From an uncultured Candidatus Saccharibacteria bacterium (GTDB lineage: Bacteria; Patescibacteriota; SICC01; CAYSOT01): a DNA stretch of 64,000 nt. A program made the position numbers and the translations under genes. Shown here piece after piece: positions 46,125 through 56,777 of the stretch. The notes beneath the pieces are model-generated. The model did not search any database and had not been told where the DNA came from. It saw only the letters and a list, made by a program, of their open reading frames with translations. The stretch's first letter is position 1, and each line of letters starts with the position of its first letter. The DNA is taken from contig CAYSOT010000002.1 of NCBI GenBank assembly GCA_964432765.1, forward strand, positions 38,220-102,219, in the 5' to 3' direction.

Positions 46125-47433
46125 GATTTCCTCCTTGCTGCTTAACGCCGAGCGTTACTGCAACCAGCGCTAACCACGGAGCAAGAATTAGTACATAGAG
46201 AACCGTGTTGTTAAGAAATGACCCGAACAGCCAGGCCACAGTGAAACACATTAGACCCGTGGCAACCCAACGGTAAGATGACAAGCTATCGCGAGACGCC
46301 CTCCAGAGTCGAACCAAAACAGTGCCCATAAAGAGCGTAAATGCGGCGAGTCCAATAATACCGGTTGTCGCCCAAATATTAAGTATTGAGCTGTCTGAAC
46401 CATTTGCCGAATGCTTTTCGAGACGATCACCTGCAGCAAGGTTTTCTTTCACGAGTGCTGCTCCATACGCATTGTAACCAACGCCGGTAATTAAGTGCGT
46501 CTTGGTTAGAGACCAAGCTTGCTGCAATGAATAAATCCGATTCGAGCCGCTTTCATCGCATTTTCCTCCTGTTTTTGCAGCGTCACATCGATATCCTTCT
46601 GGCTTATAGTTTTGTTGATTCGCGAGCTGCTTGGTTTCCGAGAATCGGTCGCTTAACCGTGAGGGAACAAAAAACGCCGCGATGAATATCAGTCCGACCA
46701 AGAGCGCCCAGCGCATGGACCTGAAAAAGACGAGCCCTGTTACGGCTATCGCTCCGACCACCCACGCACTTCGTGAGTATGTTAGGAACAAGGCTACCCA
46801 GGACACGCCAAACACCGCAGCATAAGGCCACGCCTGTCCACGATGGGCTGCAAACGCGCGACCCAAGGCAATACACATAACAAGTACCAAGAAAACACCA
46901 TAGAGGTTTGGATCGAAGAACGTCGAAAGCAGGCGGCCAATATGAGGATCCCAACCGTATCCGGTCATGAATATGAAATTTCCGACAAAAACCAACTGCC
47001 AAAACCCCAGCAGGACCGTAGCGGCCCCGACATATACGAATCCTTCGGTAAGGGCCTCGCGATACCTCTGAGAATCAAGCGCCAGAAGCGCGCCAAAGAT
47101 CACAATTGTTGCGAGCCTAAGCGCGTAAGCCCCGGCAGAGACGACTTCGTGGGAAGTGTAGTCGCCGCTATTAATTGCCAGTGCCAATACAGCCCAAGCG
47201 ACAAACCCAAAAAGTGATACCCACATGACATCACGGAAGATCGGGCGCGTTGATCGACGATCACGAATTAGCCAAAAGACCAGCGCTAGGCTGAGACTCG
47301 CAAGGGCCAGATCTATCAAAATCAACGATCCGCTGCTAGAACCAGCCGATACTCGAAATAACTGACCCGCTGCTACTGAGCCAAGAAATGCACCGGCAAC
47401 GAGCGATTGGCGTGAAATGCGAAGCCCAAACAT
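46117..47433 (-). CDS. O-antigen ligase / Wzy_C family membrane protein, copy 2 of 3.
   Basis: Polytopic, with YSRSAWVVGAIAVTG in the Wzy_C-type loop. An extra C-terminal periplasmic segment follows. Confidence 0.7.
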   Translation of the reverse strand: MFGLRISRQSLVAGAFLGSVAAGQLFRVSAGSSSGSLILIDLALASLSLALVFWLIRDRRSTRPIFRDVMWVSLFGFVAWAVLALAINSGDYTSHEVVSAGAYALRLATIVIFGALLALDSQRYREALTEGFVYVGAATVLLGFWQLVFVGNFIFMTGYGWDPHIGRLLSTFFDPNLYGVFLVLVMCIALGRAFAAHRGQAWPYAAVFGVSWVALFLTYSRSAWVVGAIAVTGLVFFRSMRWALLVGLIFIAAFFVPSRLSDRFSETKQLANQQNYKPEGYRCDAAKTGGKCDESGSNRIYSLQQAWSLTKTHLITGVGYNAYGAALVKENLAAGDRLEKHSANGSDSSILNIWATTGIIGLAAFTLFMGTVLVRLWRASRDSLSSYRWVATGLMCFTVAWLFGSFLNNTVLYVLILAPWLALVAVTLGVKQQGGNRG

Positions 47434-47451
47434 ACATCCATTCTAACCAAT

Positions 47452-48543
47452 TCAGCGCGCGGGAGGGGCGATAGACGCCAAGATCTCAACTATTTGCTTG
47501 GTAGCGCTATCCCACGAGAACTGAGCAGCGCGCTTTACGCCGGCCTTGCTAAGCACGCGCCTCTTTGTATCACTCTGCCATGTTTCATTCATCTTCGCTG
47601 CCAAGACTTTTATCTCGAGCGGTGAGGCAAATACGGCGCCATCGGCTGCTACTTCTCGCAGGGCTGGAATATCAGAACAAACTACGGGTGTTCCTGTTTG
47701 TAGTGCCTCGAGCACCGGTAGTCCAAATCCTTCGTAAAGACTGGGGTATACAAACATTCGTGCTGCTTGAAGCAATGAAACTATGTCCTCTTCAGGTACG
47801 TAATCAAGGTGTCGTATATCAAGCCCTCTATCCCGAGCCTTCTCAAGAGCGTTGATTACTGGTTCTGTTTCCCAACCGAGCTTTCCAACTATAACCAACG
47901 GTGCGCCGATACTCGCCATTTCGTACGCAGCGATGAGCCGTTCGTAGTTCTTTCGGGGCTCAATTGTTCCAAGCGACAAGACAAAATCTGTTGGTAGGTT
48001 GTACTTACTACAAATCTGGTTCGTGTCGTCTTTTTCACTAGCCGGCCTAAATTGCGGACCAGCCGCTAAGGGAACAACATGAACCTTCTCGCCCAGATCC
48101 TTTCCGTAGCGTGCAAGTAAGTCATTTTTTGTGGCCTCGGAATTAACGGCGATTGCAGCAGCATATTTAAGGGCTCTCCCGAGAGCAAGCCGTTCGATAA
48201 TTCGGGCACGGCGCTGTGGGGCAGCTTCTCTGCGAAAGGCGATTAAGTCATGCACAAATAGCAGTGTTGGTATACGCATGAATTGTGGGGTGAGGTAGCT
48301 CGTCGGTGCAAAATATACATCACAGTTTTTTAAAGCATCTCTCGCCACGTTTCGGTGCCAACGGAGGCTTCTCCCTGGTATAACCGTAAGACCACGCTCT
48401 GACTGCGCCGTATCAACATCAGCGTAATAGCGCAGCTTAAGCTCTGGATAATCAGACCGTAGGCGCGGCAGAATCTCTGCCGTCAAGCGTCCTTTGCCAG
48501 CTGGACGACCAAGTGTTTCTCGAACATCAACGCCGACGATCAT
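47452..48543 (-). CDS. Glycosyltransferase family 4.
   Basis: VYPSLYEGFGLPVLEALQTGTPVV. The ORF track extends 109 aa upstream to 48870. The Met at MIVGVDVRE (48543) matches GT4 N-termini and removes most of the overlap with the neighbour. Confidence 0.75.
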   Translation of the reverse strand: MIVGVDVRETLGRPAGKGRLTAEILPRLRSDYPELKLRYYADVDTAQSERGLTVIPGRSLRWHRNVARDALKNCDVYFAPTSYLTPQFMRIPTLLFVHDLIAFRREAAPQRRARIIERLALGRALKYAAAIAVNSEATKNDLLARYGKDLGEKVHVVPLAAGPQFRPASEKDDTNQICSKYNLPTDFVLSLGTIEPRKNYERLIAAYEMASIGAPLVIVGKLGWETEPVINALEKARDRGLDIRHLDYVPEEDIVSLLQAARMFVYPSLYEGFGLPVLEALQTGTPVVCSDIPALREVAADGAVFASPLEIKVLAAKMNETWQSDTKRRVLSKAGVKRAAQFSWDSATKQIVEILASIAPPAR

Positions 48544-49663
48544 GGTGTCTCTTTGCTCCTGCAGCGCGATAGGCTTCCAGGGTCTTTTGGGCCGTTTCGC
48601 GCCAGGTGAATTGTTTTGCCCGTTCGCGCCCCGCACTCGAAAGCCTTTGGCGAAGCGGTGCATCTTCAAGCAGTCTTCGCAATGCATTTCCAAGCGCTTC
48701 GGTATCTTCTGGATCAAAATAGAGAGCCGAGCCCCCACCAACCTCAGGAAGAGAGGCGGCACTCGAGGCAAGCACGGGCGCGCCCGAAGCCATTGCCTCC
48801 AGAATAGGAATTCCAAATCCTTCGTAATGGCTAGGAAAGACAAACGTTTTTGCACCTGCGTAGAGCGCACGCAGGTCGCGATCGGAAACGGCGCCGGTTA
48901 AAATCACTCGCGAACCAAGTCCTAGTTTTTCAAGGAGCTGTCTTGTTTCATCAAATAGCCACCCTTGGTTCCCCACAACGACTAATTGTTCTGTGGTGTG
49001 ACGCCTAATGGCAGCAAATGCGAGCAGGAGGGTTCTGAGGTTTTTCCGTGGCTCAAGCGTTCCGACAGATAGTAGGTATTCACCGTCGATTGAATAGGTG
49101 TCCTTAACTCGGGAAATATCCTCCGGAGCAACCGGCTCAAAAAACCTCTCTCCACAGCCAAGCGGCGTAGTGACAATCTTTTCTTTCTCTCTCGGAAAAT
49201 GCTCTGCGATTGCTTCTGCCGTAAATTCCGAAACGGCAAGTATCTTGCTTGCGGCTCGCAAGGTTTCGGGCACAAACTTCGTTAAATAATCGAGGTTCTT
49301 AGGTTCGACATAATCAGGGTGCTCGATAAAGGTTAGGTCATGCACCGTCACCACAAATGGCTGTTTAGTTGGGGGTGCCACGTAGTTCGTAAAGTGCCAA
49401 ACGTCTGGCTTTGGCCGCATCCAGTCAAGCGGTGGGGCACCAAATGTCTTCCAGGATAGTTGCCAGGCTCGGCGATACCACCCGCCAAACGGATCAACAT
49501 GCGAATTCGTAGTCCCTACATCAAGTGGCGATCCCCAAAAGTGAAACATGTCCTCCTGGTCAATCGCCAAGAGGGCTTTTGCCAGTGATTCAATGTAGGT
49601 CTTCGTCCCACCAGTTGCTGGGTACTCTACCCAGCGCGTGTCGATCGCGTATGTTGCTGCCAT
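48527..49663 (-). CDS. Glycosyltransferase family 4.
   Basis: FVFPSHYEGFGIPILEAMASGAPVL. Confidence 0.8.
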   Translation of the reverse strand: MAATYAIDTRWVEYPATGGTKTYIESLAKALLAIDQEDMFHFWGSPLDVGTTNSHVDPFGGWYRRAWQLSWKTFGAPPLDWMRPKPDVWHFTNYVAPPTKQPFVVTVHDLTFIEHPDYVEPKNLDYLTKFVPETLRAASKILAVSEFTAEAIAEHFPREKEKIVTTPLGCGERFFEPVAPEDISRVKDTYSIDGEYLLSVGTLEPRKNLRTLLLAFAAIRRHTTEQLVVVGNQGWLFDETRQLLEKLGLGSRVILTGAVSDRDLRALYAGAKTFVFPSHYEGFGIPILEAMASGAPVLASSAASLPEVGGGSALYFDPEDTEALGNALRRLLEDAPLRQRLSSAGRERAKQFTWRETAQKTLEAYRAAGAKRHHDRRR

Positions 49664-49674
49664 ATAGTCCTATT

Positions 49675-50826
49675 CTACGCGACGATTCGCTCAAGCAGCT
49701 CATCAAAACGATTGGCGGTGGCTTGCCATGTCCAATGGCCCATCGTCTTTCGTCCCTGTTTTCCGAGTTGTGCCCTTAGTTTTGCATTGTCGATCAATTT
49801 TTCTAACGCACTGGCAAATGCTCCTTCATCGCGCTCAACCAAAAATCCTGTGCTGCCATCGACTACTGTTTCTGCTAAGCCACCTTCGTTGACGGCCACA
49901 ACCGGCGCCTCGGAAGCCATCGCTTCGAGTGCAACTAAGCCAAGAGGCTCTTCATATTGCGCGGCTGCAAAAATCATTGCCCTGCCATAGAGGTCAGTAA
50001 TCTCAGAAAATGGAATTGCTTGCCTAAGATCAAGTTCCACATCAGCCAAAACGGCAAGCGATTCAAGGTGTTGGCCGTAGTCTCCCCGGTCGCCGACCAC
50101 AACCAGTCTGGGGCGTTTCGATCGAGGAATTCGCGCCAGAGCAGCTATCACGAACTGGTGACCCTTTGCAGGATGAAGCGCCCCGACCGAGAGGACAAAA
50201 TTATCTCGCTTCTTGGCGGGTGTGAATGTCGCTGAATCAACACCTCCGTAAACAACCTCTGAGGAGACTCCGTAAATTCGCCTTAGGTTCGCCTGAGTAA
50301 AATGAGAAGTAGTCGATACAAGCGAAGCCGCGCGGATTGAAGCGAGGTCAAATTTGCGCCTTCGTATATTGAGCGGCTTTGTAGCGATTTTTTTGAGTCG
50401 GTCTTTTGCCGAGACCATAGCTTGTTTGTCATACACTTCTCGAAGATATTCGGGAGCAAAGTAGAGCGTTGGAATTGTGATGTGTTTTAGTGGTTCAGGA
50501 GCTTGGGTTACCTGGCTAGCATGAAGAAAAGCGGCGTCAAACCCCCCGTTATTAATCTGATTAGCAATCTCTTTAGCAACACCCGAAACGGCCGCGAACT
50601 GCCTGTACCGAGACGCGAGCGAGGTTGCCGATGGAAGAAAAGTTGAGATCCTATCAGCTCTCTTTAAGAGCGATTGATCGAGACTAGCTGCGGTGGTAGG
50701 TGTGAATAGGGTAATTTCGTGCCCAGCCGTCGTGTGTCGAAGGTATTCTTCCAGTAAACGTAGTGCGCCTCCACTTGGAAGGTTGTGGTAAAGAGCGAGC
50801 TTCATGAGGTTCTCCCCGTGTGCCAA
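49675..50826 (-). CDS. Glycosyltransferase family 4.
   Basis: EEPLGLVALEAMASEAPVVAVNEGGLAETVVDGSTGFLV. Confidence 0.8.
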   Translation of the reverse strand: MAHGENLMKLALYHNLPSGGALRLLEEYLRHTTAGHEITLFTPTTAASLDQSLLKRADRISTFLPSATSLASRYRQFAAVSGVAKEIANQINNGGFDAAFLHASQVTQAPEPLKHITIPTLYFAPEYLREVYDKQAMVSAKDRLKKIATKPLNIRRRKFDLASIRAASLVSTTSHFTQANLRRIYGVSSEVVYGGVDSATFTPAKKRDNFVLSVGALHPAKGHQFVIAALARIPRSKRPRLVVVGDRGDYGQHLESLAVLADVELDLRQAIPFSEITDLYGRAMIFAAAQYEEPLGLVALEAMASEAPVVAVNEGGLAETVVDGSTGFLVERDEGAFASALEKLIDNAKLRAQLGKQGRKTMGHWTWQATANRFDELLERIVA

Positions 50827-51776
50827 TCGAGAACTTGCTTATATAGCGTGCGCTGATTGCGGGCTGCACGAGCTAAACTACCCCGCCTATACCGAGCGCT
50901 TATCCTTGTGGGCAACAGCAGGAGCGTTGCGAGCCCGACTATCAGGATAGAACCAGCGCAGGCTATCGCCTTTTGTACCTTTACGTAGAAAGGACCGTGA
51001 TATTTTCCGTAAAACGCGTACAGGCTCGGAAAATAGTGTGAAAATCTCTTGGTCAGAGTGCCTGCCTTGTCGACACTACCACCCCAGTGGTGAATGACTT
51101 CCAATTCCGGCAGATACCTAATTTTGTACCCGGCTCGCCTGACACGCAGATTAAAATCGGTTTCTTCTAGAAAAAAGAAGAACCTTTCATCGAGCGTTCC
51201 GATCTCTGTAAGCAAACTACTACGGAACGCGAGGCAGGCTCCAATTGCATCGCCGACAGATTGAGGATGTGCCATTTCGGAGGGTGTAAGCAACAGTTTC
51301 CCGGGATACCTTTTGCGGGGAAACAATCGATAGAGCAGCCGGTTGAGCAGTGTGTACTCATAGAGTGAGGTCAAAATTGTCGGCTCAGTCCAAGCAACAG
51401 AAGCCTGCACTTCGCCCTGCCCGTTGATCAGCCGTGGCGCGACGATACCAACTTCCGGATGCTGCACAAGGTAGACACCTAGAGACTCTAGGGTGGTCTT
51501 TGAGGGAAGCTCTGTGTCGCTATTGAGCATAACGACAACATCTCCTGAGATTCGCTCAAATGCCTGGTTGTTTGCAGCAGCAAAGCCTAGATTGTCATCG
51601 TTTTTTATCAAAATGACACCCTTGTAGTCTCGCTCTACCAATTCCGGGCTTCCGTCCTGCGAGCCATTGTCGACAACGATTATTTCTGGCTCAGGGGTTT
51701 GGGCAAGAACGGTTTCGAGACATGCACGAAGTAGCTCTTTGGTGTTGTAAGAAACAATAACAACAGATGTTTTCAT
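50802..51776 (-). CDS. Glycosyltransferase family 2.
   Basis: N-terminal VVIVSYNTKELLRACLETVL...IIVVDNGSQDGS, a GT-A DxD-type start. Confidence 0.8.
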   Translation of the reverse strand: MKTSVVIVSYNTKELLRACLETVLAQTPEPEIIVVDNGSQDGSPELVERDYKGVILIKNDDNLGFAAANNQAFERISGDVVVMLNSDTELPSKTTLESLGVYLVQHPEVGIVAPRLINGQGEVQASVAWTEPTILTSLYEYTLLNRLLYRLFPRKRYPGKLLLTPSEMAHPQSVGDAIGACLAFRSSLLTEIGTLDERFFFFLEETDFNLRVRRAGYKIRYLPELEVIHHWGGSVDKAGTLTKRFSHYFPSLYAFYGKYHGPFYVKVQKAIACAGSILIVGLATLLLLPTRISARYRRGSLARAARNQRTLYKQVLDWHTGRTS

Positions 51777-52921
51777 GCGTTTTCATAGATGTGGCGCAGC
51801 TTCGATGCAAGGGCAGCTGCGCTTCTGGTCTGCTCCATTGTAGCTCGAGCCGCCTGACCAAGCGATGCGCGAAGCCTCTTGTCGCGCATTAGGTGCGAAA
51901 GCTCGTCAGCCAGCGCTTGAGCGTTGCCAGCAGGAAACTCGAGTGCTGTTTTTCCAACAACAATGTCTTGGCGAAGTGACGGCACGTTTGAGCAGATCGT
52001 TGGGGTGCCGCTACTTAGCGCACGGATCAACATTCCGCTGGCCGCACCTCCGAGCTGTGGCTCGTACGGCAAAACAGCAACACTGCTCTCACAAAATGTT
52101 CTCAGCAACTCTTCTTCTGAAAGATATCCTGGCAACTCAACATCGGTGGCGATTCCCAATTGATCAAGCTGAGCTAGAAGTGGCTTCTGGCCATACTGGG
52201 GGTCCTTTCCAACAATATGCAGCTTGAGAGCTTGGCCGGGCTGCTGCATGCGTAGGAGGCGGAATGCCTCAAGTAACGTCTCGAGTCCTTTATGTGGCCC
52301 TATAAAACCGGCGAAAAGTATGTGAAAAGCGTCATCTCGCTCTCTACGTTTTCCACTTGGAAACGCCACATGTGGTACCACCTGGGATCCTGAGATACCC
52401 CATACTTCTTCCAAGTCCCTTCTGCCCCGTAGGCCAAGCACGATGGGCGTTGCAGCCCTGAGAAGGCGTCTGCGTTGAGCTCTGCCATAGTGCTCATCCA
52501 AGATGCGTCGCGCTATTCTGATTGGGCGAGGCTTTGTCTCAAGATTCAAATAGCGATAGGGTCTGTGGACTATTTCGCGGGGCTCGTGCAGCGTCACCAC
52601 AAGCGGTACTTGGGCATAACGTCTTAGTGCTTGGGCATAGAAATATTCACGGTACGTGGCGTGGGCAAGCTCCAGATGAACCAATGAGTACTGTTTGTAG
52701 CGTCCGGTGCGAGTTTCATGGCGCACGTTTCTCCAAATGTCGCGAACTTCTTGCTTGCTTGGCATGCTGACTGGAAAAAATTGATTATCAAAATCGCAGA
52801 CCTCGGAGATGACTTTCCGAAATTGAATTGCGTAGTCAGCAATGCCTCCCTCTTCCCCGGGCCTTGGAGCTACATAGAGAACTTTTTTCACTCGACCTCT
52901 TTGATGAGTCGCGACTTCCAC
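51773..52921 (-). CDS. Glycosyltransferase family 4.
   Basis: GT-B C-terminal domain with LPYEPQLGGAASGMLIRALSSGTPTICS. Confidence 0.75.
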   Translation of the reverse strand: MEVATHQRGRVKKVLYVAPRPGEEGGIADYAIQFRKVISEVCDFDNQFFPVSMPSKQEVRDIWRNVRHETRTGRYKQYSLVHLELAHATYREYFYAQALRRYAQVPLVVTLHEPREIVHRPYRYLNLETKPRPIRIARRILDEHYGRAQRRRLLRAATPIVLGLRGRRDLEEVWGISGSQVVPHVAFPSGKRRERDDAFHILFAGFIGPHKGLETLLEAFRLLRMQQPGQALKLHIVGKDPQYGQKPLLAQLDQLGIATDVELPGYLSEEELLRTFCESSVAVLPYEPQLGGAASGMLIRALSSGTPTICSNVPSLRQDIVVGKTALEFPAGNAQALADELSHLMRDKRLRASLGQAARATMEQTRSAAALASKLRHIYENA

Positions 52922-53874
52922 GGATAGCCGCGGCGAAGCAGTTTTCTAAACTCAGCGGCGGTAATCTTTCTGGTTTTAGCGACCTGGTGGTGCGCCACGA
53001 TGGTGCGCGGCCACGCGATGATAAACGAACCTAGCCCACGCAGATATGCCCATCCGTTCCCGTTTCTAACTTGATGCAACGCAAACCGCGCCTGATGAAA
53101 CAGTAATTTTGGAAAAAGTTTTATCATTGTGGTGTACGGCAGGTTTTTCCAAAGCAACACAAGCTGATTTCTGGTCATATTTCGAACTGTAAATGGCGAA
53201 GTTCTGCCCGACGTGCCTGCTCCAACGTGATACACCTTTGCTTTGGCTGCGAGATAGCCGCGGTATCCAGCCAAATGAGCACGCAGGCACAGATCAGCAT
53301 CCTCGTAATAAAAATAGTATCGTTCGTCCAGGCCGCCCAGAGCCTTCCAGACAGTCCTTGGCACTAGTAATGCGCCCCCGCAACCGATTAGCACCGGAGC
53401 ATCATCTTCAAATTGCCCCTCATCGATGGTGTCCTTTCCGCGAGGATAGTCGACTCCATATTCGTAAAGGTCCTTCCCTGCTTCATCGATCAGCTCACGA
53501 TTGTCGTAGTGGAGCATCTTTGTGGCCACGAAACCTAAGTCCTGCCTTGAATCTGCGAGCAATGTCAGCTCCTTAAGCCAACTTGTGTCTGCCTCGATGT
53601 CATTGTTGAGAAGCGCCAAGTATTTTCCGTTTGCACCTGCTGCAGCGATATTTACAGCCTTGGCGAAACCTTCGTTGCGCGGCAGGGCTATGGTGCGAAC
53701 GTTTGGCCATTTCTTTAAAAACACAAGTGAATCGTCTTCCGAACCATTGTCTATGACGATCGTCTCAAAATCCTGAAAAGTTTGGTTCTTGAGCGAAGGC
53801 AGCACTATTTCCAGAAATTTTCGCCCGTTCCAGTTCGGAATGATAACGCTTACTTTCGGCGCAGCATGTTCCAT
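52888..53874 (-). CDS. Glycosyltransferase family 2.
   Basis: VSVIIPNWNGRKFLEIVLPSL...IVIDNGSEDDS. Confidence 0.8.
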   Translation of the reverse strand: MEHAAPKVSVIIPNWNGRKFLEIVLPSLKNQTFQDFETIVIDNGSEDDSLVFLKKWPNVRTIALPRNEGFAKAVNIAAAGANGKYLALLNNDIEADTSWLKELTLLADSRQDLGFVATKMLHYDNRELIDEAGKDLYEYGVDYPRGKDTIDEGQFEDDAPVLIGCGGALLVPRTVWKALGGLDERYYFYYEDADLCLRAHLAGYRGYLAAKAKVYHVGAGTSGRTSPFTVRNMTRNQLVLLWKNLPYTTMIKLFPKLLFHQARFALHQVRNGNGWAYLRGLGSFIIAWPRTIVAHHQVAKTRKITAAEFRKLLRRGYPWKSRLIKEVE

Positions 53875-55193
53875 GGTTTGGTAACTACCTTTCTGGCTAC
53901 TGCGCCAGGCCCCTGGTTTGCAACTATTGACCGAACTTCATTTGGCCAAGACCGACGAACAGCCTTGCGGATGCCTTTAAGGTCTGGGGCTGATGATTGC
54001 TTCGGTAATTTTTCGAGATAAGACACGAGTGGCAGAGCCGCCTTTTCCCAAGTAAGGTTACGCGCAAGTTTTTCAGCACTTCTAGCACTTCTAGTGCGCA
54101 ACGCAGAATCGTCAACGAGTTCCTTAATTGCTTTAGCGAGCTGCTGTGGTTGCTGCGGAGGAACAACCAGTCCTGCCCTAGCATCAGACACGGCGTCTGC
54201 CAAAGTATCACCAGCTGTTGTTACCGTTGGTAGTCCGGCCCAGAAATAATCGAGTAGTCGCGTCCGAAATGCATACTGTGTCTCAAGATGATCAAAGTGC
54301 GTTGAAATACCAATTGAAGCTTCAAGTAAATAGTTGTGTCTCTCCTCGTAGGGAATCCAGTCATGGTTGATGATCACCACATCTTCAAGCTTCTCCTTCG
54401 CAACAAATTTGAGGGTATCCTCTGTAGCGCGTCGGCCTTCTTCGGGAATTGCTGGTGGCCTACCAACCCCCATGAAAAATAGTTTTATATCTTTTCGTTG
54501 CTTCTTAATAATGGCCATTGCTTCAAGTGCTGTCTTTGGATCAAACCAGTTCCATATGCCACCACCCCACAGCACGACATGATCCCGCGGGCCGATTCCT
54601 GGCCAAACTCCTTTTAGAACCTGTTTTGTGTGTTCTGGGTGCTTGGAGGAGACGCCGAACGGAACAGTGACGATGGACCTGCGGTATCCGGGGTCTTCTT
54701 GGTAGCGCTCGGATGAAAACAGCCCCGACATCATCATTCCTCCCAACCATAAGTCTCGCTGTTTTTCAGAGGCACAAAGGATTAGGTCAGCAGCCATTAT
54801 TTCTGTTTTAAGCATTGTTAGTTGGTCTCGCTTTGCTTGCGACGACTGTTTGCTCTGATGCGCCTCAAGCATTTCTAGTGGCGCTGGGTCATATAAATCG
54901 AGCACGAGTCGAGTTCGTGCCTTGAGTAGTTTGGGTAGAATACGTGGATATATATACTGGGCGATACACACATCAACAACCGAAAGCTCGCGGAGAATTT
55001 GCTGTAGGTTGCCTCTGGAAAATGTCCGTAGCTCTACCCCTGCCATATCCAGCGTTGAGCCTTCGGGAGCAACTATCCGAACATCTGCTACCCCCGACAG
55101 AACGCGAGCCAGCTCGACAACGCGAATAGCCGGTCCGGCCATCTTTTGGCCAATGTGCTCGAGCGTAAAAAACGCGACAGTCTGGCGCATCAA
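53850..55193 (-). CDS. GT-B-fold glycosyltransferase (GT1/GT4-like).
   Basis: Two-Rossmann-domain layout with a conserved C-terminal nucleotide-sugar-binding segment. Weaker motif match than its neighbours. Confidence 0.6.
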   Translation of the reverse strand: MMRQTVAFFTLEHIGQKMAGPAIRVVELARVLSGVADVRIVAPEGSTLDMAGVELRTFSRGNLQQILRELSVVDVCIAQYIYPRILPKLLKARTRLVLDLYDPAPLEMLEAHQSKQSSQAKRDQLTMLKTEIMAADLILCASEKQRDLWLGGMMMSGLFSSERYQEDPGYRRSIVTVPFGVSSKHPEHTKQVLKGVWPGIGPRDHVVLWGGGIWNWFDPKTALEAMAIIKKQRKDIKLFFMGVGRPPAIPEEGRRATEDTLKFVAKEKLEDVVIINHDWIPYEERHNYLLEASIGISTHFDHLETQYAFRTRLLDYFWAGLPTVTTAGDTLADAVSDARAGLVVPPQQPQQLAKAIKELVDDSALRTRSARSAEKLARNLTWEKAALPLVSYLEKLPKQSSAPDLKGIRKAVRRSWPNEVRSIVANQGPGAVARKVVTKPWNMLRRK

Positions 55194-55885
55194 TCCTCCA
55201 GGCGCGCTTCGGCAAGCAGCCGGAAGTAGACACGTGGTTTAATCAGGCGGAGATTATCCGCGAGTCGATAGGCGTAGAAAAGTGGCCTTGGTAATAGTTT
55301 TGCGACGATGCTCCGATCCCAGTTTTCAATCTGGGCAACGCTTACATAGGGGAAGTGCCCGGCCAACAACTCGCGCAGCGACGTTTTGGTGAAAAAGTTC
55401 TTATGATCAACTTCGAGGTTGTGACTGAAGGTAACGGGCGCGGGATCGAAAGAAAACGTACAGTTGGGAACGCTGATGATTACGTTTTTCGCAGTTACTC
55501 GACGGATTTCTGAAAGCAGCTTTTCTGGCTCTGGAACATGCTCGAGAACCTCAAATAAAAAGGTTGTATCAACGGCGTTATCGGCAAGCGGAATCTTTTG
55601 ACCGTCAAAGTGGGCTGCGTTTACACCGAGCTTCTTGGCAATCGCAACATATTCTTCGTTAACATCGAGCGCCTGAACTTTGCACCCGTCGTCTTGTAGT
55701 CTCTTTGAATAGCCACCTGTGCCACAACCGAGGTCTAAGATTTTCGAACCGGCGTGTTCTCGAACGTACGCCAACAGGTTTTCATCGACAATTGCCAATG
55801 GATCAACTCCCGTATACCACTCCGTGGTGTCGCGTGGACCCTTCGGCATTTCTGTTGCTAACTTCTTCTGCGTCTTTGTTGTCAT
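55190..55885 (-). CDS. Class I SAM-dependent methyltransferase.
   Basis: Motif I ILDLGCGTGGY plus an acidic post-I residue. The ORF track starts at 55969 and overlaps rfbD by 65 nt. An internal Met (MTTKTQKK, ~55885) avoids this. Confidence 0.7.
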   Translation of the reverse strand: MTTKTQKKLATEMPKGPRDTTEWYTGVDPLAIVDENLLAYVREHAGSKILDLGCGTGGYSKRLQDDGCKVQALDVNEEYVAIAKKLGVNAAHFDGQKIPLADNAVDTTFLFEVLEHVPEPEKLLSEIRRVTAKNVIISVPNCTFSFDPAPVTFSHNLEVDHKNFFTKTSLRELLAGHFPYVSVAQIENWDRSIVAKLLPRPLFYAYRLADNLRLIKPRVYFRLLAEARLED

Positions 55886-55904
55886 CGTCTTAATTGTTTC
55901 AGGA

Positions 55905-56777
55905 TTATTGCTGCTTTGCCACCTGTGGTACGTCATCTGTGAGCACCCCTCGATCTCGAAGGTACTCAATCAAGCCCTCTTCCCATGATAATAGGCCTGC
56001 GCCGAGAGACCTGGCGCGAGAACTATCTAAAGAGCTTCTGGTAGGGCGCTTGGCTGGCAAATCGTATTCTGCTGCAGTTGTCTTTTCGAGCACGACGGTG
56101 GAACCAACAAGTTCCGCGAGCTTTCGGACGAATTCATACCTGCTTACTTCCCCTTCTGCGGCAAGGTGATAAAGTCCGGCAGCACCCAAATCGAGCAGGC
56201 GGAGCGCACCACGAAGATAATCTCTTGAGTAGGTTGGTGAACCATATTGATCAGAGACGATCGAGAGCTTCTCTCGCTCTGCAAAGTACTTAAGCATTGT
56301 TGAGGCAAGGCTTTTTCCATGTTGCGAGTAAAGCCAACAAACTCGGGTGACGAGCGCTTGAGGATGTACATCCAGCACCGCTTCTTCGCCTGCAAGTTTT
56401 GTCTCTCCGTAATAGTTAATTGGCGTTGCTTTATCCGCTTCGATATACGGAGAGCCTTTTCGACCATCGAATACGTAGTCCGTGCTTGGAAAGAGCAGCG
56501 CTGAGCCTGTGTTTGCGGCTGCCTCTGCGACATTGCGCGCCCCCGTGACATTGACCTCAAAGGCAGCGAGGCGGTCGGTTTCGGCCTGATCAACGTGTGT
56601 GTATCCGGCTGCGTGAATCACAAGATTTGGCTTTTCTGCTTCGATGTCTCGCAGAACTGCCTCGCGATCTGTTATATCCAGATCAACGTGAGATCTACCG
56701 ACAACCTCATCATCGACGAGCGTTTCAAAAACTTCTTGGCCGAGTCCGCCACCTGCTCCGGTCACGAAGACTTTCAT
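55905..56777 (-). CDS. rfbD: dTDP-4-dehydrorhamnose reductase.
   Basis: Start taken at MKVFVTGAGGGLGQ (ATGA overlap with the rfbB stop). Overall RmlD-like sequence. The ORF-track extension of 19 aa is not supported. Confidence 0.85.
   Translation of the reverse strand: MKVFVTGAGGGLGQEVFETLVDDEVVGRSHVDLDITDREAVLRDIEAEKPNLVIHAAGYTHVDQAETDRLAAFEVNVTGARNVAEAAANTGSALLFPSTDYVFDGRKGSPYIEADKATPINYYGETKLAGEEAVLDVHPQALVTRVCWLYSQHGKSLASTMLKYFAEREKLSIVSDQYGSPTYSRDYLRGALRLLDLGAAGLYHLAAEGEVSRYEFVRKLAELVGSTVVLEKTTAAEYDLPAKRPTRSSLDSSRARSLGAGLLSWEEGLIEYLRDRGVLTDDVPQVAKQQ

Noticed and set aside
53924-54211. A 95-aa minus-strand ORF in another frame within the GT1-like gene, plus similar small ORFs in the glycan locus.
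   Set aside because: They are nested in the glycosyltransferase gene, with no motif or coupling signal.
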